A stretch of 64,000 nt of DNA from Smithellaceae bacterium (GCA_963682105.1 OY821638.1:570801-634800); one strand, 5' to 3'; counted from the stretch's first letter, positions 31,891 through 40,256 are shown. Notes: a model not told the origin generated them from the sequence alone. Numbers and translations are program-made.

Positions 31891-31906
31891 TGGCACGCTC
31901 TTTTCA
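31891..31906 (+). promoter_or_regulatory. Sigma-54-like promoter (TGGCAC-N5-TTTCA), copy 1
   Basis: TGGCACgctctTTTCA has one mismatch to TGGCAC-N5-TTGCA, at the -12 G. It is identical in the second repeat copy, and a conserved 47-bp block lies about 120 bp upstream. Confidence 0.5.
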
Positions 31907-31979
31907 TTAGTATAAAGGCAAATAACACGGCCATGAGGCCTTAAAAAATAAAGCAATTACCCTGAGGAGGTAACAGATC

Positions 31980-32255
31980 ATGAAAAAGACATTAGGAACC
32001 ATCGTAACGGCAGCGGCAGTGATTCTTTTAACGGCAACCTTCGGATTCGCGGAATACGCGGCGGCGGGCGCTTCCGCTTTCCCGTATTTTCAACTGGGAT
32101 GCCTGATTGTGGGCGGCCTGATCCTGGTCAGCCTGAAGAGAAAATTCAATAAAATGTACACGGCCGAAGTGGTCGGCGCTTTCGCACTCTACACGGTTTT
32201 GATGGCGCTCTTCACCAACCCCGTGATCGAAGTTGTCAAGAACATCGTAAGCTGA
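31980..32255 (+). CDS. Small membrane protein, 91 aa (signal peptide + 2 TM), unknown function, copy 1
   Basis: GAGGAGG RBS upstream. MKKTLGTIVTAAAVILLTATFGFA is signal-like. The protein is 100% identical to the product of 38977-39252, with only 2 synonymous nucleotide differences. Confidence 0.65.
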   Translation: MKKTLGTIVTAAAVILLTATFGFAEYAAAGASAFPYFQLGCLIVGGLILVSLKRKFNKMYTAEVVGAFALYTVLMALFTNPVIEVVKNIVS

Positions 32256-32307
32256 ACGGACGTTTCTTTAAAGACGCAGACAGACTTCTCGAAAGGAGGA
32301 CAGGACC

Positions 32308-32547
32308 ATGATCGCAACACATAAAATACAACCCAAGCAGTACCAAACCTTTAACGGGATACTGATGATGTCGGCCTGGAGCTTCGCCATGGTGATTGCA
32401 TCCTTTCTGTTCCTCTGGATCGGATACAAGCTCGACCAGTTCCTGGGCACCGGACCGAATTTCATGATCGGATTATTCATGCTGGCCATCTTCATCTGCG
32501 TGATGAGAATTTATCAGGAAGCGAAAAGACGAATGAAGGAACTTTAA
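32308..32547 (+). CDS. AtpZ/AtpI-family-like small membrane protein, 79 aa, copy 1
   Basis: AGGAGG RBS upstream. Two TM helices joined by a GYKLDQFLGTGPNFMI loop resemble the putative F0F1-ATPase-associated AtpZ family. There are 6 nucleotide differences from copy 2, 5 of them synonymous. Confidence 0.6.
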   Translation: MIATHKIQPKQYQTFNGILMMSAWSFAMVIASFLFLWIGYKLDQFLGTGPNFMIGLFMLAIFICVMRIYQEAKRRMKEL

Positions 32548-32578
32548 CCGCCGCACAGAAAACATGATCTGGAAAATA

Positions 32579-32618
32579 CCCCCCCTCAGGCGGCACCATG
32601 CTTGAGGGGGGATTTTTA
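32579..32618 (+). terminator. Rho-independent terminator of repeat copy 1
   Basis: Stem CCCCCCCTCA / TGAGGGGGG followed by ATTTTT. Confidence 0.7.
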
Positions 32619-32740
32619 TCAGATGTTACCATTTCAGTAAAAAAGAATACGCGCAACCTTTATGGCTTCTGTAACATTAAATTTCAAGAATAAAGGTTTG
32701 TTTCCCTTTCAAGCCGGGGGAAATTCGGTTGAAATTATTT

Positions 32741-34300
32741 TCACGACGGATAGCCCGTGATTTTTGCAATTCTTCGATAAATGGCATCCAGCGCGCCCGA
32801 GGATTTCTTATAAACATCGTTGAACAGGTTCGTATAGATCCGGTAGTGTTTTTGATCGGGCTGAAATGTTTTTCCTTTGCGCACCATCAACGCTACGGCA
32901 TCTTCTATTGAAGCATGCATTCCCGTACCCACGGCGGCATCGATGGCTGCGCCCAGAGCCGAAATTTCTGACGTTTCCATGCGCGACACAGGTAAATTAA
33001 ACATGTCGGCGGCAATCTGCACAACAACATCGCTTCGCGATCCGCCGCCGCCCACGCGGATTTCTTTAATGGGTATCCCCGTTTTTTTCTGGACGATCTC
33101 CTGCATGCGGCGCAGTTCAAAACACAACCCTTCAAATATCGCTCTGTAAATATGAGCCCGGGTATGAATGTCGCCAAACCCGATGATCGCCCCCTTGGCA
33201 TATTTGTTGTTCACCATCGGCGACCAGTACGGTTGCAGCATAAGGCCCATGGAACCTGGAGGTATGTCACGAATCACTTCATCCAACACAACCTCAGGGG
33301 CAACTCCGCGTTTTTCCGCTTCAATGGCTTCCCGGTGGCCAAATTCCTGTTTAAACCAGGTGACCATCCAGAACCCCCGGCTGATAAACATTTCTATATC
33401 CCATGCGTTGGGAACGGCCGCAGGCCATGTAAAAAAACGCAGTTGCGAATCACTGATATATTTGCGCGTGATGACTTCCATGGCCGTACCCGTTCCAAAA
33501 CTGATCACAGCTACGGAGGGATCAATGGCGCCGGCGCCGAGCAATTCACATTGTTTATCGCCGGCTCCCACCACAACGGGCAGTCCCTTCGGCAGTCCCG
33601 TTTCACGGGAAGCTTCTTCCGTAATACGGCCCAGGATTTTATCAGGAGAATAAAGCTCGACACAATGCTCGGGTCTGATGCCAAATGCGTCATATATAAA
33701 CCCGAATATCCCGCCGTACCAGTTCAAAGCCTTATAATCGAACGGCCAGATGCCCGCCATCATCCCGTAGGAATCGTGAAATTCTCCCGTAAGCTTCCGG
33801 ACAAAAAATCCGGAAGCCTGAACAAATTTGTGAGTCTTACGATATATTTCCGGTTCGTGCTTTTTGATCCAGAGAAATTTTGAATGCTTCTGCGAATAAC
33901 GGATTGCTTCATTGAGACCAATGAGATTTGTAACAAGAGTGATGGCTTTGTTCAGAGGCGGAACATCGTCTACAGTGCGTTGATCGAGCCATATGATCCC
34001 CGGTCGCAATGGCTTGCCATCCTTATCCATCGGAATGATGGTGCTGCGCTGACTGGTCAGACCGATGCCTGCAATTTCCCGCCGTTCAATATCAATCTTT
34101 GACATCAACCTGCGGCATACAATGCAAAGCTTGCTCCAGTAGTCTTCCGTATTCTGTTCAGCCCAGCCCGGCTGCAGAGAAAAATACGGCTCGTAATCCG
34201 CCTGTTCGATGGCGAGCACGGTTCCGCTACGGTCGAAAAGCACGGCTCGAACGCTCTGCGTGCCGGAGTCTATGGCAATGATATACTTTTTATCGTTCAC
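32741..34300 (-). CDS. FGGY-family carbohydrate/polyol kinase
   Basis: 519 aa. N-terminal YIIAIDSGTQSVRAVLFD and C-terminal GGGSRSD motifs match the glycerol/xylulose kinase superfamily. Confidence 0.85.
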   Translation of the reverse strand: MNDKKYIIAIDSGTQSVRAVLFDRSGTVLAIEQADYEPYFSLQPGWAEQNTEDYWSKLCIVCRRLMSKIDIERREIAGIGLTSQRSTIIPMDKDGKPLRPGIIWLDQRTVDDVPPLNKAITLVTNLIGLNEAIRYSQKHSKFLWIKKHEPEIYRKTHKFVQASGFFVRKLTGEFHDSYGMMAGIWPFDYKALNWYGGIFGFIYDAFGIRPEHCVELYSPDKILGRITEEASRETGLPKGLPVVVGAGDKQCELLGAGAIDPSVAVISFGTGTAMEVITRKYISDSQLRFFTWPAAVPNAWDIEMFISRGFWMVTWFKQEFGHREAIEAEKRGVAPEVVLDEVIRDIPPGSMGLMLQPYWSPMVNNKYAKGAIIGFGDIHTRAHIYRAIFEGLCFELRRMQEIVQKKTGIPIKEIRVGGGGSRSDVVVQIAADMFNLPVSRMETSEISALGAAIDAAVGTGMHASIEDAVALMVRKGKTFQPDQKHYRIYTNLFNDVYKKSSGALDAIYRRIAKITGYPS

Positions 34301-34437
34301 CTGCCTTCTCCAAATCTTTGCGTAAAATTAACCACAAGGGCTTCAGGACGTTTTGAATCCGGAGCGCATGAATTAACATACTAATGCGTGGTGACTTATT
34401 GATTCATGTCCGGCGGGTCGGACTTTCATCCGTCTTT

Positions 34438-36141
34438 CTACCTGCGAGTTGGAATCTCATCCAGCCCAAGCTGGCCACCCGGATTCATGATGCCGTGCGG
34501 ATCGAAGTGGCATTTTAAAGCCCTCAGTACCGCCATCTGTTCCGGTCCCAGGTGTTTTTCCATCCATGGCGCAAGCAAACGCCCCACTCCGTGATGATGG
34601 CTCAGGGTCCCGCCGTATTTCAAAATGTTGTCAATCACATCTTTCTGGAACGAGACGTATTCGCCCAGATCCATGCGGGCCAGAAAGATAAAATAAAGAT
34701 TGGCACCCTGCGGATAGAAATGAGAGGCATGCGTCATGCAGACGGTTCCCGGCCGCTGTTTAACGAATGCCCGGACTCCCTGGTGCACCCGATGGATGTT
34801 GTCCCACGTCACCGACGCTTCCAGAGTGTCGGTAAATATCCCGAAGTCATTCAGATCCTCGCGCATGTACGGCTCCGTATATCGGGTTTGCTCCCACTTG
34901 CGCGCCGCATAACCGGTCAGCGACATCGCACCATGTTCGCGTGCGATTTTTTTGATTCTCTTCGCAACAAGGCTTGCATAATCCCCATCCCCCTCAACAT
35001 TGCCCAGGCTGAGACATCGTTCCATGGGCCTGAAGCCCCGTCGCCTCAGAAATGCATCAACAAAGCCCGGCACGCCGTACAGTTTCAGTCCTCTTTCCGT
35101 CTCCTCCGGGTCTGAAATACGATAGATAGCGGGCAGGCCGAATTCACCCTGCATGATTTCACGGCTTGCATTCACCGCCGCCTCCCAGTTCGGATACATA
35201 AATCCGAATCGTCTTGTGTTTTCCGGCATATGCCGGAAAATCCTCATCGTCACTTCGACCAGAATGCCAAAAACGCCTTCCGACCCTTTCATAATATCGT
35301 TGACTTTGGGTCCCGTAGCCGCAGCCGGATATTCAAGCGTTTTGAAAGTTCCGACCGGCGTGACGTATTCCTGACTGAAAACGATATCGCTGGCATCGCC
35401 ATAATAAGTGGATGCCTGTCCCGAACCCAGGGTCAGAACCCAGCCGCCGACTGTTGAATATTCGAATGATTGAGGGAAATGACCGCATGTATAGCGGCGC
35501 TTGCAACCAAAGAGTTCCGGAGCACGGTTGAGCGCATCTTCATAAGCGGGTCCGAACATGCCCGGTTGGACTCTTGCGGTCTGGTTGAGCTCATTTATCT
35601 CCAGAAGCTTGTTCATATGCGTGCTCATGACCAGCGTCACACCGCCTTTATAAGGCCGGCAGCCAAAGTTGACCGAAGATCCTCCGCTGAAAACGGTAAC
35701 GGGAATTTTTTCCTTGTTGCAATAATTCACCACCCTCTGCAGATCCCGCTTGTCACGGGGATGAAGGACTATGTCGCATACTTCGCGGATGATGCCCTTT
35801 CGCAGCTCCAGGATTTCCTCCGACGTTTTTGCGGATGAGTATTTCACACGGGAATAGTCATCAAGGGCCGAGTTTTCTTCGCCCACCATTGCGGTAAGCG
35901 CCGCGATCTGTTCCATTTTGAGAGTTGAGGGGCGGCTGAGAACAACCTTCTCGTTGCCTTCAGATTGTTTCTGCGAAAAATCGGCTTCAGACATGCCGAA
36001 TTCTTCCTGCATCATTTTGACCCAGGCATCGCTGGGGTGTTTAAACCGGTCAGGGTTGCCATACTTGACAATGGAACGATATGTTCCGGGCGCCGGAGCC
36101 TGATGCGACCAGTTTGGCCGGAAACTTCTTGATTTCGGCAT
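34438..36141 (-). CDS. FAD-linked oxidase, alkyl-dihydroxyacetonephosphate synthase (AGPS)-like
   Basis: 567 aa with an FAD_binding_4 region (PVTVFSGGSSVNFG), then HFPQSFEYSTVGGWVLTLGSGQASTYYG, which resembles the AGPS signature. The C-terminus is an FAD-oxidase domain (SHHHGVG). Confidence 0.78.
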   Translation of the reverse strand: MPKSRSFRPNWSHQAPAPGTYRSIVKYGNPDRFKHPSDAWVKMMQEEFGMSEADFSQKQSEGNEKVVLSRPSTLKMEQIAALTAMVGEENSALDDYSRVKYSSAKTSEEILELRKGIIREVCDIVLHPRDKRDLQRVVNYCNKEKIPVTVFSGGSSVNFGCRPYKGGVTLVMSTHMNKLLEINELNQTARVQPGMFGPAYEDALNRAPELFGCKRRYTCGHFPQSFEYSTVGGWVLTLGSGQASTYYGDASDIVFSQEYVTPVGTFKTLEYPAAATGPKVNDIMKGSEGVFGILVEVTMRIFRHMPENTRRFGFMYPNWEAAVNASREIMQGEFGLPAIYRISDPEETERGLKLYGVPGFVDAFLRRRGFRPMERCLSLGNVEGDGDYASLVAKRIKKIAREHGAMSLTGYAARKWEQTRYTEPYMREDLNDFGIFTDTLEASVTWDNIHRVHQGVRAFVKQRPGTVCMTHASHFYPQGANLYFIFLARMDLGEYVSFQKDVIDNILKYGGTLSHHHGVGRLLAPWMEKHLGPEQMAVLRALKCHFDPHGIMNPGGQLGLDEIPTRR

Positions 36142-36177
36142 TTGCGATTCCCCTCGTTTTTTGTCTTCGATTTTTTC

Positions 36178-37824
36178 TCACTGCACCGGGATCTTTAACA
36201 GATCGTTTGTCTGCCCGATTTCTTTCTCCATTCTTTCACGGCTCCATCCCAACATGTCAGCAAGCTTTGCGGCCACCTTTCTCAATACGCCTTCACCGGG
36301 ATTTCCCAACGTGCCGATGCCCGTCCTGCGCATGATGACGTCCGGCAATGTGCGCGCCATTTCAAAGCGTACGGCGTAGACCACTTGCGCCATGATCTCT
36401 CCGTCGTCGTTCAACCGTTCGGCGAGCGTTCGATCCTGAAGCGCCAGTTTCAGAATATCTTTGTATTCAGTCCCGTAATTGCGTGCAAGATATTCCAGTG
36501 TGGACGGGCTGAACCCGTCGTTATACCTGCTCGCTTCAAGCAGAAAAGATTTCATGTCCTTTATCTCACAGCCACAGAGGTAATGTTTCTTTGTAATGCT
36601 TTTGCCGGGCTTGCGTCCCATTTTTTTCTCAATCAGCGTCACACAAGTCTCGGCAAGATTGCGGCTGGTTGTGTATTTTCCTCCTTCCACGGTCAGAAGG
36701 CCGTCCAGTCCATCAGTTGCATTGTCGTAGATCTCGTACTTACGTGAACAGGTGTAAGTTTCTTCAGTCTGTTCTTCCAGAAGGGGCCGGAGCCCGCCGT
36801 AGGTATGCTTTACATCCGAGTAATTCAGGGTTCCATCGCCGAATGACGCATTGATGTCGGCGATCAGTTCCAGAATGCTCTGCTTTGTAACCCTGTATTC
36901 GTCCGGATCACCTGTATACGGCTTATCCGTGGTCCCGATGAGGGTATGCCTGCGCCAGGGAATGAGAAAAAAATGCCTGCCGGTCGAAGTCATGGATCCA
37001 ACCACATAGTGACCGGATATCAACTTTTTGTCCGTGATGATATGAATGCCTTCCGATCTTCTCAATGCGCCGCATGCATTGACCGTTGATTCGGTCATCC
37101 CCAGAATAATATCCGCCCAGGGCCCGCCGCAGTTGACCGTTATTTTGGCGTCTATAGTACCGTTTTTCCCCGAAAGCAGATCTTTGACCGTTACCCCCTT
37201 AACCTTGTTTCGGCCGTCGATATTAAATCCTTCCACTTTCGTATAGTTTGCTACTTTTGCTCCATGAGACACAGCGGATTTGATAAATGCAAGCGTCAGT
37301 CTTTCGGGGAAAATACTGAGACAATCATAATAAATCGATCCCCCGGTTAGCCCCAGGGACCTGACATTCGGCTCGCATGCCAGAACATCCTCTCTCGATA
37401 TCGTCCGGTGCGAAGGAATTTTCTTGCTTTTGTCCCATGTCCGGTTCTTGTCATAGGACAATGCGTCATACATCAGCATGCCCATTTTGACCGCCCACTT
37501 GTTATTCTTTAACGGAGTCCCCGTGTGCATAATCAAAATCGGCTGCGGGTAAACATAATTCGGGGCAATGTTTTCCAGAATGCGGCGCTCTCTGAGCGAT
37601 TCGCGAACGAGCCCGATTTCTCCGTTGGCGAGATAACGCAGTCCGCCGTGAATGAGCTTGGACGTTACGGCGGATGTCGCCCAGGAAAAATCCCGCTTTT
37701 CCACCAGCGCCACTTTCAATCCGCGGGATGCCGCTTCATAGGCTGTCGAAACTCCGGTGATACCACCGCCAATGACAAGAACATCGAAATGTTCGCCCGC
37801 GTACTGCTCGATAAAACGCTGCAT
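36178..37824 (-). CDS. FAD-dependent glycerol-3-phosphate dehydrogenase/oxidase family protein (GlpD-like)
   Basis: 548 aa with the N-terminal dinucleotide fold DVLVIGGGITGVSTAYEAASRG, a GGKYTTSR motif and a C-terminal helical extension. Confidence 0.85.
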   Translation of the reverse strand: MQRFIEQYAGEHFDVLVIGGGITGVSTAYEAASRGLKVALVEKRDFSWATSAVTSKLIHGGLRYLANGEIGLVRESLRERRILENIAPNYVYPQPILIMHTGTPLKNNKWAVKMGMLMYDALSYDKNRTWDKSKKIPSHRTISREDVLACEPNVRSLGLTGGSIYYDCLSIFPERLTLAFIKSAVSHGAKVANYTKVEGFNIDGRNKVKGVTVKDLLSGKNGTIDAKITVNCGGPWADIILGMTESTVNACGALRRSEGIHIITDKKLISGHYVVGSMTSTGRHFFLIPWRRHTLIGTTDKPYTGDPDEYRVTKQSILELIADINASFGDGTLNYSDVKHTYGGLRPLLEEQTEETYTCSRKYEIYDNATDGLDGLLTVEGGKYTTSRNLAETCVTLIEKKMGRKPGKSITKKHYLCGCEIKDMKSFLLEASRYNDGFSPSTLEYLARNYGTEYKDILKLALQDRTLAERLNDDGEIMAQVVYAVRFEMARTLPDVIMRRTGIGTLGNPGEGVLRKVAAKLADMLGWSRERMEKEIGQTNDLLKIPVQ

Positions 37825-37832
37825 AACGGCCT

Positions 37833-38543
37833 CTATTTCTTTCTTTTGGCCAGATCTTTTTTTACCGCCTCTTCTGCGTAATTAAGCACATCCAGCATAA
37901 TCCGCCGTGCGACTTCAGGTTTTTTACGTTTTATGGCATCGAGAATATCCCGGTGGAATTTTCTTGACCGATCGAGATTCCGTTCATCTTCAAAATAAAG
38001 GTAACTGTATTCCTGGTTAAAATGATTAAAGAAATTAAGCATAATGATGTAAACGATATTGCCGCCGGCATGAGCAATGACCTCATGAACCTTCATGTCT
38101 TTTTCCGGCCAGTTCAGACGCTTATCCGCAATCACCTGCTCCAGCCGTGAAATGTCATCGGAAGATGCTCTCTGAGCCGCCAGATAAGCCATTTCCGGCA
38201 CAATGATCCGTCGAACTTCGAGAATATCGCAGATGGATTTACCGCCCTCTTCAATCCTGCAGGCCGTTTTGATAAGGTCGAAATTGCTGCTTTCAAGATA
38301 ATTCTTTACATATAAACCGTCGCCGTGGCGCACATCAATCAATTCCAGGTGTTCCAGTTTCCTCAATGCCTCCCGAACCGTGGTCCGATTGACCTTGAAC
38401 GATTCTGCAAGATCCCGTTCGGTGGGCAGTTTGCCGCCGGGCGCAATACTTCCGGACAAAATCTGTCTTTGAATGATGTCTACTATTTCTTCGCTGAGAC
38501 GCGATCGGGTTACTGACTGGGCAAATACGACGGTGGCAGGCAT
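37833..38543 (-). CDS. GntR-family (FadR/FCD subfamily) transcriptional regulator
   Basis: Start at MPATVVF, preceded by AAGGAG. It has a winged HTH (KLPTERDLAESFKVNRTTVREALRKLE) followed by an FCD-like helical domain. The track ORF extends to 38558. Confidence 0.82.
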   Translation of the reverse strand: MPATVVFAQSVTRSRLSEEIVDIIQRQILSGSIAPGGKLPTERDLAESFKVNRTTVREALRKLEHLELIDVRHGDGLYVKNYLESSNFDLIKTACRIEEGGKSICDILEVRRIIVPEMAYLAAQRASSDDISRLEQVIADKRLNWPEKDMKVHEVIAHAGGNIVYIIMLNFFNHFNQEYSYLYFEDERNLDRSRKFHRDILDAIKRKKPEVARRIMLDVLNYAEEAVKKDLAKRKK

Positions 38544-38572
38544 GTTGTTCTCCTTCATGCGTATTGCAAATT

Positions 38573-38603
38573 ATTGGTTCAGTGAACCAGTGGTTCAACC
38601 AAT
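38573..38603. promoter_or_regulatory. Nested palindromes, candidate GntR operator
   Basis: ATTGGTTCAGTGAACCAGTGGTTCAACCAAT contains TGGTTCAgTGAACCA (38575-38589), ACCAgTGGT and TGGTTcAACCA. It lies 30-60 bp upstream of the regulator start. Confidence 0.5.
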
Positions 38604-38887
38604 ATTCCTTTTTTGAACATTTGTCAAGGGGGGGGGATTGGAATCGAATCGAAACAACATGAATGCATTTGACGAGAATTTAAGATGAAAGAAAACCAAA
38701 TAGGATCCCCGCCTGTTCAACACCTTTTTTATTTTTATGAATTTTCACATTTCGTTTAATGCTTAAACGTTTCATTGAAAGAAAAGAGAGAATAAGACAT
38801 TCCCGCGGTTTGCCCCACACTGTCATTAATCGTTATTTGTATCGTTATATCTTATATTTACAACTATCTTCCAAACGTCTGCATTTC

Positions 38888-38903
38888 TGGCACGCTCTTT
38901 TCA
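38888..38903 (+). promoter_or_regulatory. Sigma-54-like promoter (TGGCAC-N5-TTTCA), copy 2
   Basis: Identical to the 31891-31906 element. Confidence 0.5.
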
Positions 38904-38976
38904 TTAGTATAAAGGCAAATAACACGGCCATGAGGCCCTAAAAAATAAAACAATTACCCCGAGGAGGTAACAGATC

Positions 38977-39252
38977 ATGAAAAAGACATTAGGAACCATC
39001 GTAACGGCAGCGGCAGTGATTCTTTTAACGGCAACCTTCGGATTCGCGGAATACGCGGCGGCGGGCGCTTCCGCTTTCCCGTATTTTCAACTGGGATGCC
39101 TGATTGTGGGCGGCCTGATCCTGGTCAGCCTGAAGAGAAAATTCAATAAAATGTACACGGCCGAAGTGGTCGGCGCTTTCGCTCTCTACACGGTTTTGAT
39201 GGCGCTCTTCACCAACCCCGTGATCGAAGTTGTCAAAAACATCGTAAGCTGA
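38977..39252 (+). CDS. Small membrane protein, 91 aa, copy 2
   Basis: Protein identical to the product of 31980-32255. Confidence 0.65.
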   Translation: MKKTLGTIVTAAAVILLTATFGFAEYAAAGASAFPYFQLGCLIVGGLILVSLKRKFNKMYTAEVVGAFALYTVLMALFTNPVIEVVKNIVS

Positions 39253-39304
39253 ACGGACGTTTCTTTAAAGACGCAGACAAACTTCTCGAAAGGAGGACAG
39301 GACC

Positions 39305-39544
39305 ATGATCGCAACACATATAATACAACCCAAGCAGTACCAAACCTTTAACGGGATACTGATGATGTCGGCCTGGAGCTTCGCCATGGTGATTGCTTCG
39401 TTCCTGTTCCTCTGGATCGGATACAAGCTCGACCAATTCCTGGGCACCGGACCGAATTTCATGATCGGATTGTTCATGCTGGCCATCTTCATCTGCGTGA
39501 TGAGAATTTATCAGGAAGCGAAAAGACGAATGAAGGAACTTTAA
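39305..39544 (+). CDS. AtpZ/AtpI-family-like small membrane protein, 79 aa, copy 2
   Basis: One amino-acid difference (K6I) from the product of 32308-32547. Confidence 0.6.
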   Translation: MIATHIIQPKQYQTFNGILMMSAWSFAMVIASFLFLWIGYKLDQFLGTGPNFMIGLFMLAIFICVMRIYQEAKRRMKEL

Positions 39545-39574
39545 CCGCCGCACAGCAAACATGATCTGGAAAAT

Positions 39575-39615
39575 CCCCCCCCTCAAGCGTCACCATGTTT
39601 GAGGGGGGTTTCTTG
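39575..39615 (+). terminator. Rho-independent terminator of repeat copy 2
   Basis: Stem CCCCCCCCTCAA / TTGAGGGGGG followed by a T-rich tract. It abuts the stop of the convergent DUF218 gene. Confidence 0.65.
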
Positions 39616-39620
39616 TTTTA

Positions 39621-40217
39621 TCAAGCCCAGAGCGAATAAAGCATAAACCAGGATATCTTCAAATATTCACGCCAGACTTTTTTCCAGTCGGTCGGCTTTA
39701 ACTGCCATATATTCCGAGGAGCCGCTTCGTAAGGAGTCGGCGAGAAATAATGTTTTCCGTCAATGCCGAATACTCTGGTCACAATCATTTGAATGCGGCG
39801 CATATGATAGGGGGAGCTTACAAAGATTGCCGTTTTTTTCCCGTAAAGATCCATGGTCTTTTTAGCATCCAGCAATTCCAGATGGGTGTCTTCAAAGTAA
39901 TAAGGAGCATAAGAGTTGTTTTTCCTGTAAATGTTGTTGGGGTCCGTTTTATTTTGCAGGTTTTTGATGACGCCCTGATCGATAAAATAAATTTTATGGT
40001 AAGCAGGGATAATAAGATAATCCGATAGCCCCATTTGCATCAGGTCCTGAGCATGGCGGTGGCGGGCGCTAAAATCGGGACCCAGCAAAAGAACAATCGC
40101 ATCCGATTTTTCACATGGCGTTTTATAAAGCAAAAATCCGGGCGCGGCAAATACTCCGACTGCAATAATAAGAACCGGAACAATCAGAATCCGCGCGATT
40201 TTTTTAATAATCTTCAC
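39621..40217 (-). CDS. YdcF/DUF218 (ElyC-like) family protein
   Basis: 198 aa with an N-terminal TM anchor. The IVLLLG and FVSSPYHMRR motifs are typical of DUF218. Confidence 0.7.
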   Translation of the reverse strand: MKIIKKIARILIVPVLIIAVGVFAAPGFLLYKTPCEKSDAIVLLLGPDFSARHRHAQDLMQMGLSDYLIIPAYHKIYFIDQGVIKNLQNKTDPNNIYRKNNSYAPYYFEDTHLELLDAKKTMDLYGKKTAIFVSSPYHMRRIQMIVTRVFGIDGKHYFSPTPYEAAPRNIWQLKPTDWKKVWREYLKISWFMLYSLWA

Positions 40218-40227
40218 TAAAATGTCC

Positions 40228-40256
40228 TTGACAATACAACTAATTATTTATATCAA
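40228..40256 (+). promoter_or_regulatory. Candidate sigma-70 promoter for the kinase/NtrC pair
   Basis: TTGACA (40228-40233), a 17-nt spacer, then TATCAA (40251-40256). Confidence 0.4.

Larger units (their letters stand above)
31751..32612 (+). repeat. Direct repeat copy 1 (upstream element + sigma-54-like promoter + two small genes + terminator)
   Basis: Nearly identical to 38748-39608 (offset 6997 bp), apart from a diverged segment of about 85 bp between the upstream element and the promoter. Confidence 0.9.
38748..39608 (+). repeat. Direct repeat copy 2
   Basis: See copy 1. It has the same upstream block, promoter, two genes and terminator. Confidence 0.9.

Noticed and set aside
31685-31915. 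76-aa ORF (and its counterpart at 38759-38941) covering the duplicated promoter region
   Set aside because: The two copies share only the peptide KRFIERKER, which comes from the conserved DNA block, and then diverge completely. The conservation is therefore at the DNA (regulatory) level, not the protein level.
32268-32495. 75-aa minus-strand ORFs antisense to the AtpZ-like genes (also at 39265-39492)
   Set aside because: The substitutions between the copies are synonymous in the plus-strand frame but change amino acids in the antisense frame. The plus-strand genes also have strong RBSs.
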